Positions 7,434 through 16,719 of a stretch of DNA of 27,438 bases are shown here, in pieces. Both the position numbers and the translations under genes were made by a program. The stretch spans positions 1-27,438 of the forward strand of contig JAEOTS010000126.1 in NCBI GenBank assembly GCA_016839745.1, read 5' to 3'. The notes beneath the pieces were generated by a model. The model saw only the letters and a program-made list of their open reading frames with translations. It was not told where the DNA came from and ran no database searches. This stretch comes from Promethearchaeota archaeon (GTDB lineage: Archaea > Asgardarchaeota > Lokiarchaeia > Sigyniarchaeales > SOKP01). Every line of letters begins with the position of its first letter. Within the stretch, counting starts at the first letter, position 1.

Positions 7434-8285
7434 GTGAATAATCGTATGTCTGGTTTAAATGGAAAAACCGCTTTTATTACGGGAGCAAGTCGAGGAATTG
7501 GGAAAGCAATAGCTATGAAATTAGCTGAAAATGGTGCGAATATCGCTGTAGTGGCTAAAACAAAAGACCCACATCCGAAATTACCGGGAACTGTATATTC
7601 TGCTGTTGAAGATATTGAATCAGTTGGAGGAAAAGGAATTCCCTGTGTTGCTGATATCCGATTTGAACATCAAATCCAAGCTGCCATCAACGCAACTATT
7701 AAAGAATTTGGGGGGATTGATATCTTGATTAACGATGCAAGTGCGATAAATCTGACACCCACTCTAGAAACTTCGATGAAACGATTTGATCTGATGTTTT
7801 CTGTAAATGTTCGTGGAACGTTTTTATGCTCAAAGTTATGTATTCCCCATTTAAAAAAATCTGATAATCCTCACATATTAAATCTCTCACCTCCTTTAAA
7901 TATGGACTCAAAATGGTTTGCTCATCATGTAGCATATACTATGTCAAAATACGGAATGAGTATGTGTGTTCTTGGTATGGCTGAAGAATTTAAGAAAGAC
8001 GGAATTGCAGTCAACGCGTTATGGCCCAGAACTGCAATTGCCACTGCAGCAGTTAAAAATCTATTAGGTGGAGAAACGGCTGTTAAGCACTCGAGGAAAC
8101 CTGAAATAGTAGCTGATGCAGCTTACATCATTTTAACAAGGCCCAGCAAAGATTATACTGGTAACTTTTTTATCGACGATGAAATTTTAATCGAAAATGG
8201 AGTAACCGATCTTGGAAAATATTCTGTTGTACCTAACGCCCGATTGATGCCTGACTTTTTTCTTTATGGTGGAGGTCAAACTTAA
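7434..8285 (+). CDS. Short-chain dehydrogenase/reductase, HSDL2-like (no SCP2 domain)
   Basis: TGASRGIG, PHPKLPGT, YTMSK catalytic motif, NALWPRTAIATAA. The start may be ATG 7446. Confidence 0.9.
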   Translation: MNNRMSGLNGKTAFITGASRGIGKAIAMKLAENGANIAVVAKTKDPHPKLPGTVYSAVEDIESVGGKGIPCVADIRFEHQIQAAINATIKEFGGIDILINDASAINLTPTLETSMKRFDLMFSVNVRGTFLCSKLCIPHLKKSDNPHILNLSPPLNMDSKWFAHHVAYTMSKYGMSMCVLGMAEEFKKDGIAVNALWPRTAIATAAVKNLLGGETAVKHSRKPEIVADAAYIILTRPSKDYTGNFFIDDEILIENGVTDLGKYSVVPNARLMPDFFLYGGGQT

Positions 8286-8460
8286 TATTTTTTTTATTTT
8301 AGATACTATTACTAAAACTACACTTTTACCCTAGCTCAAATAAGAGAGAAAATATACCATTCTAGTTGACCATTTTTGATAATTGTTATTTAAGAAAGTT
8401 ATTTAATACACTCACACTCTATAATATTAAAAAATAAATAATATACGGTCAATGTAAGAG

Positions 8461-9123
8461 ATGACTAAATTGAAAACAAAAGTACGTGTAGTCTTGTTCG
8501 GACCTCCAGGAAGCGGAAAAGGTACTTTTTCTTCTCAAATAAAGAAAGTTTTACCAGAAATCCCTCATATTAGCACCGGGGATATTTTTCGGGAAAATTT
8601 AAAAAACGAAACTCAACTCGGTTTAAAGGCTAAAGAATTTATGGATAAAGGCGAATTAGTTCCAGACGAAGTAACCATTGACATGGTAGCTGATAGACTT
8701 GGTAAAGAAGATGTAGGAGAACATGGATTCATATTAGACGGTTTTCCACGAACCCTAAATCAAACTGAAGCCTTAACCAAGATAACTGAAATAGATTTAT
8801 TTCTCCTATTAGATGTAAGTCGCGATATCATAACAAAAAGGATTTTAGGAAGATATTCTTGTAAAAGCTGTGGTGAAATCTTTAATAAGTACACTCTACC
8901 ACCAAAAGTAGAAGGAATATGTGATAAGTGTGGCGCTGAAATAAAATTCGAACAACGAAGCGATGATAATGAAGAAACTTTAAAAAATAGGTTAGATACT
9001 TACGAGAAAAACGCAAAACCGATAATAAAATACTACAAAAAGAAAAAACTACTGAAAAAAGTGAATGCTGAAAATACTTTAGAATTAACCGAAAATGATA
9101 TTATAAAGATTCTGGAATTGTAA
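8461..9123 (+). CDS. adk: Adenylate kinase, bacterial/eukaryotic long type with a 4-Cys zinc LID
   Basis: GPPGSGKGT, HISTGDIFR, LDGFPRT, CKSC...CDKC and QRSDD motifs. Confidence 0.95.
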   Translation: MTKLKTKVRVVLFGPPGSGKGTFSSQIKKVLPEIPHISTGDIFRENLKNETQLGLKAKEFMDKGELVPDEVTIDMVADRLGKEDVGEHGFILDGFPRTLNQTEALTKITEIDLFLLLDVSRDIITKRILGRYSCKSCGEIFNKYTLPPKVEGICDKCGAEIKFEQRSDDNEETLKNRLDTYEKNAKPIIKYYKKKKLLKKVNAENTLELTENDIIKILEL

Positions 9124-9160
9124 ATTTATTATTATTTTAATTTTTTTTAATAGGGTTATA

Positions 9161-9910
9161 ATGAAATATAAAATCTGTGTTGCAATACCAATTAAATCTG
9201 CCAATCTTAATTTGAACAGGCAAATTATAGAAAGTGTGCTAGATAAAAGTCCTGATCTTATTGAATTCAGATTTGATTATATAAATGATGTTGACCTTGT
9301 CATACATTCCTTTCTAAATGAATTAGTTAGTATTATCCCACCGAAAATACCAAAGATTTTTACACTTAGGAAAGAACAAGAGGGAGGACAATATAAAATA
9401 AGTGAAAATGAAAGGTTAGATGTTTTAAAGCGTTTAATTGAAGTAAAACCAGACTATTTAGATATTGAAATTAATTCAGAACCGGAAATTTTGCAAACAC
9501 TTATTGATTTGGCCTATGATAACAATGTACAATTAATCTTCTCATATCACGATTTTGAAAAATCTCTTACATACGAAGAAATTGCTGAAATGCTGATTAG
9601 GTTTGATGAAAAGTTAAAAAATGAACTAAGTATTGATTTAAATAAAATTAAGGAAAGTATCTTTAAAATAATAATAACGGCTCGGATTTTTGATGATAAC
9701 ATAAATGTATTAAATATCTGCAAAAAACTTTCTCGGCAAGATAAGAAGTTTGTATGTTTTGCCATGGGGGAGGTGGGAATACTGGCTCGTATATTATGCG
9801 TTAAATTTGGATCTTCATGGACTTATGGCTCGTTGGAAGAAAAAACTGCCCCGGGGCAAATTAATATTGAAAAAATTAGAGAAATACATCAATTAATATT
9901 CGATAATTGA
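9161..9910 (+). CDS. aroD: 3-dehydroquinate dehydratase, type I
   Basis: IEFRFD, FTLRKEQEGG, SYHDF, FAMGEVG..RI and TAPGQI motifs. Confidence 0.93.
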   Translation: MKYKICVAIPIKSANLNLNRQIIESVLDKSPDLIEFRFDYINDVDLVIHSFLNELVSIIPPKIPKIFTLRKEQEGGQYKISENERLDVLKRLIEVKPDYLDIEINSEPEILQTLIDLAYDNNVQLIFSYHDFEKSLTYEEIAEMLIRFDEKLKNELSIDLNKIKESIFKIIITARIFDDNINVLNICKKLSRQDKKFVCFAMGEVGILARILCVKFGSSWTYGSLEEKTAPGQINIEKIREIHQLIFDN

Positions 9911-9926
9911 TGAATTCTACGGTTTA

Positions 9927-10097
9927 TTAAGCTTTATCGAATACTAAACCACAATTTCCGCATTTGATTTTTTTCTTGTAGACTGGAGCTCCTTGCATTG
10001 AGTAATAGAGCACTTGTGTTTTATCGGGTTCCTCGTGTAACCTTCTTGGGCTCTCTTCCCCACAATTTCCACATTTAAATCGTTTAGTTTCTGTCAT
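9927..10097 (-). CDS. 56-aa zinc-ribbon microprotein with two CGNCG motifs (not in the ORF track)
   Basis: Manual translation: MTETKRFKCGNCGEESPRRLHEEPDKTQVLYYSMQGAPVYKKKIKCGNCGLVFDKA*. Confidence 0.85.
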   Translation of the reverse strand: MTETKRFKCGNCGEESPRRLHEEPDKTQVLYYSMQGAPVYKKKIKCGNCGLVFDKA

Positions 10098-10237
10098 TTT
10101 TAAAATTTTCTCTGGTATATTTTGAACAAATAATAGTTTAAGTAAATTTAAATTTAGGTTTTACAACAAATTTGCGTTATAGCAGCTTTACAAATAGAAA
10201 CAATAATTTCAAATTTCACAGTCAAATATTCGTTGTA

Positions 10238-10564
10238 TCAATTTTTCGTACTTTCCAAAATTTGCGTTAATTTTTTTCGATACTCCTCAAATGCTTTCCT
10301 ACCTCCTTTACTAAGCTTTAGTAAGGTGTTTGTTTTCTTATTCTTAATACTTTTTTCAACAGTGACATAACCAGCACTTTCAAGTTTGCTAAGATGAGAA
10401 GATAAATTCCCGTCAGTTAATCCAGTTTGCCCTTTAATCCAAAGGAAATCAGCGCTCTCAACAACATATAATAGAGAAATGATCATCAAACGAGCTGGCT
10501 CATGAATCAGTTTATCAATCTCAACGATTGGTATTACCTCTTCTTGAGAGTCATCAGATGTCAT
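10238..10564 (-). CDS. Winged-helix transcriptional regulator (HTH_34/ArsR-MarR-like)
   Basis: IDKLIHEPARLMIISLL...ADFLWIK..TGLTDGNLSSHLSKLE.AGYV signature. Confidence 0.92.
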   Translation of the reverse strand: MTSDDSQEEVIPIVEIDKLIHEPARLMIISLLYVVESADFLWIKGQTGLTDGNLSSHLSKLESAGYVTVEKSIKNKKTNTLLKLSKGGRKAFEEYRKKLTQILESTKN

Positions 10565-10589
10565 CTTCTTTTTTACCGTAAAAAATCAC

Positions 10590-11225
10590 CTAGTTTTTTG
10601 ATGATGGGTATTTCCTTATGAATTGAATAAGATAAACTAAGCCAATCAAAATTACAATAAACCCTATCAATCCTAGGCTCAGAAACAAATCTGATGGAGA
10701 ACCTACTAGCGGATAGAGCAATTCTGAGTTGAAAAAACCCATACCGAATATAATGGCATAAATATACAATCGATGAAATTCTAAGAAATAAGCTAAGATA
10801 CTCAGAGGAACTGTTATTAATAATAAACCAATAACGAGTGGCTCGATAAATCCTCCAATATTTAACGATTCAAAAATTCCAATAATACTAACAAAGAAAA
10901 ATACGAAGGCCAAAATAAGATTAAAGACTAAAAATGCTAATAATTTTTTCTTTAGCTTTTTTCTCTTGGCACCAAACTTAACGAAACCTAAACGAGGTAT
11001 AGTGATATATTTTTTACTTAATATTAAAAATAAAACTGTCATCGAATTCCAGCAAAGCACGATTATCATAGTACCTAACTCTTCTGATAAACCTAATGTT
11101 TCTCCAAAAGGGGCAATTCCCATCCCTAAAAATAATAAACCAAAATAGATGTCCCAAATTCCATCTTGAAACGCAGATCTCCAAGCTCTTTTTTCCAACC
11201 CTTTTAAATCCATTTGATCACTCAC
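10590..11225 (-). CDS. Multi-pass membrane protein, paralog C of a tandem triplet
   Basis: LEKRAWRSAFQDGIWDIYFG...KKYITIPRLGFVKFG, about 6 TM segments. Confidence 0.88.
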   Translation of the reverse strand: MSDQMDLKGLEKRAWRSAFQDGIWDIYFGLLFLGMGIAPFGETLGLSEELGTMIIVLCWNSMTVLFLILSKKYITIPRLGFVKFGAKRKKLKKKLLAFLVFNLILAFVFFFVSIIGIFESLNIGGFIEPLVIGLLLITVPLSILAYFLEFHRLYIYAIIFGMGFFNSELLYPLVGSPSDLFLSLGLIGFIVILIGLVYLIQFIRKYPSSKN

Positions 11226-11870
11226 TTAATTCTTTCCCTCCTCTTTCTTCATTGAATATCTCTTCAGAAACTTAATAAAAATGATTATCCCTGTGATTGT
11301 AATAACAAATCCTATCCCTCCAAATGTTATTATGTCATCATATGGAGCTCCAATAATTGGTGATAAAATTTCACTTATAAATAACCCAAATCCTCCTAAT
11401 ATAGCATACAAATAAAGACGCTTAAGTTGTAAGAAATATGCTATTATACTAAACGGCAGTGTAATAAATAGTAGTCCTATCAACAGCATAACCATGAACC
11501 CTGGCAACTGCAACTGAAACATGCCTATTAATGTGAATATGAATGTTATCAAAGTAAAAACAACCATCAATCCTATAAATAATCCTAATAGTTTGTTTCG
11601 CTTTTTGCGTATTTGACCAAATTTAACAAAACCCATTCTAGGTCGAGTAACATATTTCTTTCCAAGAAAAAAAACGAGTAAAACTCCAATATCCCAACCG
11701 ATAAGAGTTACTAAAACATTGACTGTCTCTGGTAGTCCAAAAAATCCACCCAACCAAGAAAAACCTATCCCCATGATTATCAAACCAAAATATATGTCCC
11801 ATAGACCATCTTGAAAAGTAGACATCCACGCTTTTTTTTCAATTTCCTTTATGTTAGTGGGTTTAACCAT
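11226..11870 (-). CDS. Multi-pass membrane protein, paralog B
   Basis: IEKKAWMSTFQDGLWDIYFG...KKYVTRPRMGFVKFG. Confidence 0.88.
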   Translation of the reverse strand: MVKPTNIKEIEKKAWMSTFQDGLWDIYFGLIIMGIGFSWLGGFFGLPETVNVLVTLIGWDIGVLLVFFLGKKYVTRPRMGFVKFGQIRKKRNKLLGLFIGLMVVFTLITFIFTLIGMFQLQLPGFMVMLLIGLLFITLPFSIIAYFLQLKRLYLYAILGGFGLFISEILSPIIGAPYDDIITFGGIGFVITITGIIIFIKFLKRYSMKKEEGKN

Positions 11871-12495
11871 CCTTTTTTATCTCCTCTTTAGGCAATTGAT
11901 ATTTTCTGATAAATCGAATTAGATAGATAATACCTACAATAATAATAATTCCTCCAAATAAAAGATATATGAATAAAAAGTTAAAAGGGATTGGTACGAT
12001 AAGTGATAAAATATCTGCTAAAAAAAAACCACTCCCCAATAGAAGAGCATAAATATACAAGCGAGTATATTGTAAAAAATAAGCAACAAAACATAGTGGA
12101 AGAGTTAAAAATAAGAGACCTTCTAGAAGGTAGGGGAGATTAATACTTCCTCCCACATTGGATAGATTGAAAAGAAATAGGATTAGCAAGAGCACCACAT
12201 TAACAGATAAAACTAACATTGTTCTCCGTTTTCTGACTTTCCGTTTAGGACCAAATTTTACAACTCCTATACGCGGTTTAATAAGATATTTCTTGCTTAA
12301 AATAAAAAAAGTGAGACCAAATCCAATAATGATTGGTCCAAACAATACATTTAAAGGAACGGGCAAATAATCATAAAGGGAAATACTACCAAAACTTGCT
12401 ATTAAAATTCCAAAGTAAATATCGAAGATTCCATCATCAAAGGTAGTTCTCCACGCTTTTTTCTCTAATTCGTCAAGTCCAATTTCATGATTCAT
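11863..12495 (-). CDS. Multi-pass membrane protein, paralog A
   Basis: LEKKAWRTTFDDGIFDIYFG...KKYLIKPRIGVVKFG. Confidence 0.88.
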   Translation of the reverse strand: MNHEIGLDELEKKAWRTTFDDGIFDIYFGILIASFGSISLYDYLPVPLNVLFGPIIIGFGLTFFILSKKYLIKPRIGVVKFGPKRKVRKRRTMLVLSVNVVLLLILFLFNLSNVGGSINLPYLLEGLLFLTLPLCFVAYFLQYTRLYIYALLLGSGFFLADILSLIVPIPFNFLFIYLLFGGIIIIVGIIYLIRFIRKYQLPKEEIKKDG

Positions 12496-12597
12496 GTTAA
12501 AATTACCTTACATCTTGAATGAGTAATTACAATACACCTTACCTCATAATTTCATTTATTTGTTTTTATTTTGTAATTGATAAAAAAAATTGTTAGG

Positions 12598-12628
12598 AAA
12601 AAAGGAGGGTTTGAGTACACCTCTTTTT
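12598..12628 (-). terminator. Possible weak hairpin/U-tract terminator or processing site after the ABC permease
   Basis: Minus strand reads AAAAAGAGG-TGTACTCAAAC-CCTCCTTTTT directly at the permease stop: a short GAGG/CCTC stem followed by a T run. Confidence 0.3.
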
Positions 12629-14306
12629 ACTCTATTTTATTTAATTTTTTCATGCCGAAATATAGTAATGGTATGCTTACAGCAATGTTATAGAGGAAGA
12701 TAATTCCATGTGGTATCAATATCCCAAGAGTGCGAATATCTATGTCAAAGAAAATCAATGTCATTACTGGAATAAAAATTAATGGTTGTAGTAAAACCAT
12801 AGAAATCATAGCGTTGCTTTTCATATTTGAGTCCTTTTCTCCATACGCAGGGGAGAGACATTCAATCCCCATAGCCTGGCACATAGCAATTTGCGAAAAG
12901 ATTAAGAATTCAATAAAGAAGATCATCGCGTTTAAGAGATCTAGGTCTGCAAAAATTGAGAAGATTACAGCAATCGTAGCAGCAATGAAGATATTTAATA
13001 TTAACATAGCAAACAAGTAAGAATACACTAAACTTTTTATCCCTCGGGGGGATCTCTTATAAACCCAAATAAGATCTTTCGAATCTACAAAACCAAGGTG
13101 TCCAAGCATCATGCTCCCTATGCCCCCTCCTATCGCTATTAAGATTATTGTTCCAAATAAGCTTCCAAAGATATCATCCGTCATACTAGAAATAAACCAA
13201 GTCATAAATCCTAGAAGTCCAACTACATAGGCAATTCTAGCATAATTCGCTTTCTTCCGTAAAAATCTTTTTAGCTGCATTACAACCAAACCAGCCCACT
13301 TTCGACCTGTTCCTTTCCTTACAATTTTATAGAATATGCTCTCGTGTTCTATAATCGTGATACTGCTTTTTTCAATACCTCCTTCTAGGGTGTAAAAAGA
13401 CATAGCTTTATTGTAAGAGATGTATAAAACTACTAGTGGGACGCTTATTGAGAGTAACAGGTTTATCCAGATATTTAAAACGAAAGTATCGAGTAAAATG
13501 GGATCAATGCTATATAAAATTATGTTTGAAAACCACAGTGAGGGATAAATTGCCAACCAATTTTTCAACTCTGGGTTAGCCAAAAGTTCGTTAAGGAAAA
13601 ACATTACGGCGTACATAATTACAATTAAAACAATCGTGAAAATCCAGATTAATGCCTTTCCTAAATCCCTTGCTTTTTCGCTTTTGGAAATCTTGTGCTC
13701 AAACCAACTTGCAATTATAGATCCAACTAGATTGGCAAAATAGACGACACCAAAAACACAACTATATATAACAATATATTGGACAATTGTTAAATCTATA
13801 AGTGGATTTATCATTCCTACTATTACTGGGGCCAAGATTAAAATCATCATTGTATACAACGGAGCTTTACCTAAAAATTCTCCAAGAAAAATATCGTTTG
13901 GTTTAACTGGAGTTGCTAATAATGATTCTTTAAATCCTACTTCCATTTCTCGGTATACATTATTCAAAGGGTACATTACCAAAACTAAGAAGAACATCAT
14001 CAAGAAAGTCTCGATGAGTATTGCAACAACAGGTTTAAAAATGGTTGAGTATTCGGCTGCTAAAGTTGGCATAAACAAGTCAAATATGAAGGGAGCGATT
14101 ACAAACGCCCATAAGAATAAAAACGCATATATAAGGATAAAAACTGATTTTCGATGATTTCGAAAACTACTTGTTCTTACCCTAATCTCGTTCTTTGCTA
14201 TTACTCTCCATAAACTCTTTTTCTCATATTGCAGTTCAACTACCCTGTTCTGAATATTAGTGCTTCCAGAAGATTCTAACTTCTTTTCAGTGGTCAATAA
14301 AGTCAT
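12627..14306 (-). CDS. ABC-2 type exporter permease (fused two-domain, about 12 TM)
   Basis: Highly hydrophobic 559 aa; LLATPVKPNDIFLGEFLGK motif; adjacent to an ABC ATPase. Confidence 0.85.
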   Translation of the reverse strand: MTLLTTEKKLESSGSTNIQNRVVELQYEKKSLWRVIAKNEIRVRTSSFRNHRKSVFILIYAFLFLWAFVIAPFIFDLFMPTLAAEYSTIFKPVVAILIETFLMMFFLVLVMYPLNNVYREMEVGFKESLLATPVKPNDIFLGEFLGKAPLYTMMILILAPVIVGMINPLIDLTIVQYIVIYSCVFGVVYFANLVGSIIASWFEHKISKSEKARDLGKALIWIFTIVLIVIMYAVMFFLNELLANPELKNWLAIYPSLWFSNIILYSIDPILLDTFVLNIWINLLLSISVPLVVLYISYNKAMSFYTLEGGIEKSSITIIEHESIFYKIVRKGTGRKWAGLVVMQLKRFLRKKANYARIAYVVGLLGFMTWFISSMTDDIFGSLFGTIILIAIGGGIGSMMLGHLGFVDSKDLIWVYKRSPRGIKSLVYSYLFAMLILNIFIAATIAVIFSIFADLDLLNAMIFFIEFLIFSQIAMCQAMGIECLSPAYGEKDSNMKSNAMISMVLLQPLIFIPVMTLIFFDIDIRTLGILIPHGIIFLYNIAVSIPLLYFGMKKLNKIE

Positions 14307-14313
14307 TTAAAAT

Positions 14314-15153
14314 CTACCTCGAATCTTTGTTTTTTCTTTTTTTTTTCCTCTGCTTTTTGTTTTTAACTTCGTGCTTTATTGAGTTTTCCTCTCTCCATGC
14401 TAATAAATCGTCTAAGTGAGACGCTCCGGTAATCTTTAAGTATGCTTCCTCTAAATTTTTGGCACCTACAGATTCAATTATATCTTGTGGAGTCCCTTCA
14501 ATTTCAAGCTTACCATCAACAATGATACCAATTATATCACATAGCCGTTCGGCTGAATCGAGAAGGTGGGTGCAAATAAAAATAGTTTTATCTGCTTTTT
14601 TGGCGAGTTCTGAAATAAGGTTTTTTACCATTCTAGCAGCAGCAGGATCCAAATTGGATGTTGGTTCGTCTAAAAAGATTATTTCAGGATCTTGGATTAA
14701 AGCCGCACATAAACAGACTTTTTGCTTCATACCCCTGGAATAACCTTCTAAAAGATCGTTTTCTCTTCCCTCTAAATCAAAAAGCTCTAACAATTCGTCA
14801 ATGCGAGCGGATATCACATCTTTTGGCAAGTAATATAACTCGCCAATAAACTCTAAAAATTCCTTTGCTGTAAGTTTAGAATATAAACCAGGTGACTCTG
14901 GTAAAAATCCACAAATCCTTCTGATATCCTCGTTTTGAGTTAGTAAATCATAACCACCAACCGAAGCGTTACCGGAAGTATTTGATATAATTGCGTTAAG
15001 CATCCTAATAGTTGTGGTTTTACCCGCTCCATTTGGACCTAACAATCCATAGGTCTTACCATATGGAATTTTTAGGTTAAGCTTGTTAACTGCACGAACA
15101 CTACCGAAATTTTTTGTCAGATCGTTGGTAACTATAGCATAACTTTCAGTCAT
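14314..15153 (-). CDS. ABC transporter ATP-binding protein (multidrug/ABC-2 type)
   Basis: GPNGAGKTT, YSRGMKQK signature, IIFLDEPT, CTH switch; Lys/Arg-rich C-terminal tail. Confidence 0.96.
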   Translation of the reverse strand: MTESYAIVTNDLTKNFGSVRAVNKLNLKIPYGKTYGLLGPNGAGKTTTIRMLNAIISNTSGNASVGGYDLLTQNEDIRRICGFLPESPGLYSKLTAKEFLEFIGELYYLPKDVISARIDELLELFDLEGRENDLLEGYSRGMKQKVCLCAALIQDPEIIFLDEPTSNLDPAAARMVKNLISELAKKADKTIFICTHLLDSAERLCDIIGIIVDGKLEIEGTPQDIIESVGAKNLEEAYLKITGASHLDDLLAWREENSIKHEVKNKKQRKKKRKNKDSR

Positions 15154-15316
15154 TTTTTTTTATCAACTCTTTTTTTATTTAATTTTTATTTTTAATTTTT
15201 TAACAGTACATATGAAAAATATACTCGTGAGAAAATACCGCTCCTAAAATTGAAGGCGCCAAAAAACAGGTTAATTTTCCTACCCTTTCATTTATTACGA
15301 ACATTTTTCTTTACAC

Positions 15317-15526
15317 CTAATTTTGCGATATTATATCATTCTTTCTTCTTTCTTTTCCAAATCTAACTAAAAAGCATAGATTCATCACTATAGAAAGTCC
15401 TGTGAATAATCCTTCAAGAAAATTAGCTAAAGCATATTCTCCACCGAATCTCCCTAATAAAATAGCGACTAAAAGGGAAAACATGCCAATAATAAACATT
15501 CCTTCTTTTTTCTTCTCAAAATGCAT
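15317..15526 (-). CDS. Small two-TM membrane protein
   Basis: 69 aa with two hydrophobic helices, co-oriented with the ABC operon. Confidence 0.75.
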   Translation of the reverse strand: MHFEKKKEGMFIIGMFSLLVAILLGRFGGEYALANFLEGLFTGLSIVMNLCFLVRFGKERRKNDIISQN

Positions 15527-15532
15527 TTTTTT

Positions 15533-15769
15533 TTACTCCTCTAATTGATTTCTTAACTCTTCTTCTTTTTTCGCTTCCTGTCTTTTCTGGGATATGATCG
15601 GAATAAAAATTGCTATCCAGCTTGGGAAAAAGATAAAAAATGGAAACCCAGAGTCATCAGAACTAGATTCACTGCCCCCCGATCCATTAAATACAACAAA
15701 AACAAATATCAATGCTACAACACCAGCTACAATCAAAAAACCCGTGATCATTTTTTGGTATTTATCCAT
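15533..15769 (-). CDS. Small two-TM membrane protein with a Ser/Gly/Asp linker
   Basis: 78 aa: TM, NGSGGSESSSDDSG, TM, charged tail; first gene of the putative operon. Confidence 0.75.
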   Translation of the reverse strand: MDKYQKMITGFLIVAGVVALIFVFVVFNGSGGSESSSDDSGFPFFIFFPSWIAIFIPIISQKRQEAKKEEELRNQLEE

Positions 15770-15855
15770 ATTTTTCAGCTCTCTTTTTTTTTTACCTAAA
15801 TTGAATTAATTTTTTTTAATTTATGAATTAAAGTATTTTTCTCTTACTCTGCTTC

Positions 15856-15972
15856 ACTTTGCCATACAGAGTATATAATTAAAGATAGACAATATTAATA
15901 TTTAAACTTTATGCAACAGAGTTCCATTAGAGTCGCCACTTAATTAATTAATGAGACTTTATCAAACAAAGT
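15856..15972. promoter_or_regulatory. Three 17-bp imperfect palindromic operators (ACTTT-N7-ARAGT) with 50-bp periodicity, overlapping a candidate TATA box
   Basis: ACTTTGCCATACAGAGT 15856-15872; ACTTTATGCAACAGAGT 15906-15922; ACTTTATCAAACAAAGT 15956-15972. Minus-strand TTATATA at 15879-15873 abuts the first copy. Confidence 0.75.
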
Positions 15973-16146
15973 CCGCTATTTATAACTAAAAATTATAACC
16001 GAGAGAAAAATCAATCTAATTTAGATCCCTAATAAACTTCATTATATATAATTATATAAAGATACTTCTTTTAGTGGATCCATCAAAAATACTATGAGTA
16101 ATTATTGTTTTTAAAATTGGGGGTTTAATTTTGGAATTTTATAAAA

Positions 16147-16575
16147 TTACCAAAATGCTTTTTCCATTTTTTTTAACGGATCGTCTAAAGAATCTTCAAT
16201 TTTCTTGTTGAAATTAGAAAAAATAGATATATCACCGTCCCAATTATCCATAATTTCTTTAGGGTATAAGGTAAAAAATATATCCATTACATTTTTTAAT
16301 TCTTGAAGAACTCTTTTAGGTTTAATTTTTTTATCAGAATTTGCTATGAATATAAAACGAGATTTTTTTAGTATTGTAAAACGTATGTCGCTCAGTTCAA
16401 AATTGGATAAACCATCGTGAGTTATTTCTTGAGCAAAGGAATTTAGTGCAGTCAATAACGCCCCAAAAAGTTGATCATCTAAGGTTTTTTCGTAGACTCT
16501 ACTAAATACAACTATTCCTCCTTCGGATACAATCCACATGTCTCGTAGTATTTTATTTGAAGTCAAAAACAACAC
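16147..16575 (-). CDS. Stand-alone longin-like domain protein
   Basis: DMWIVSEGGIVVFSR...DDQLFGALLTALNSFAQEI...LSNFELSDIRFTIL...FIFIANS, same fold pattern as the N-terminus of 3377-4222. Exact start uncertain. Confidence 0.75.
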   Translation of the reverse strand: MLFLTSNKILRDMWIVSEGGIVVFSRVYEKTLDDQLFGALLTALNSFAQEITHDGLSNFELSDIRFTILKKSRFIFIANSDKKIKPKRVLQELKNVMDIFFTLYPKEIMDNWDGDISIFSNFNKKIEDSLDDPLKKMEKAFW

Positions 16576-16719
16576 TTAAAGGTTTTAATGATTTAATCGA
16601 AAGCCTACTATGACTATAATTATTATCTTATAACAATTAAAAAGTTTTTTTATAAATTGTAAAAATTCACATAAATTAAACTCTAAAGGTTTATAAAAGA
16701 GTATTATGATATTATTTTT

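Noticed and set aside
15856-15972. Mini-CRISPR array (17-bp repeats with 33-bp spacers)
   Set aside because: The repeats are too short and degenerate in the centre, there are only three, no cas genes are present, and the dyad symmetry at a promoter fits operators better.
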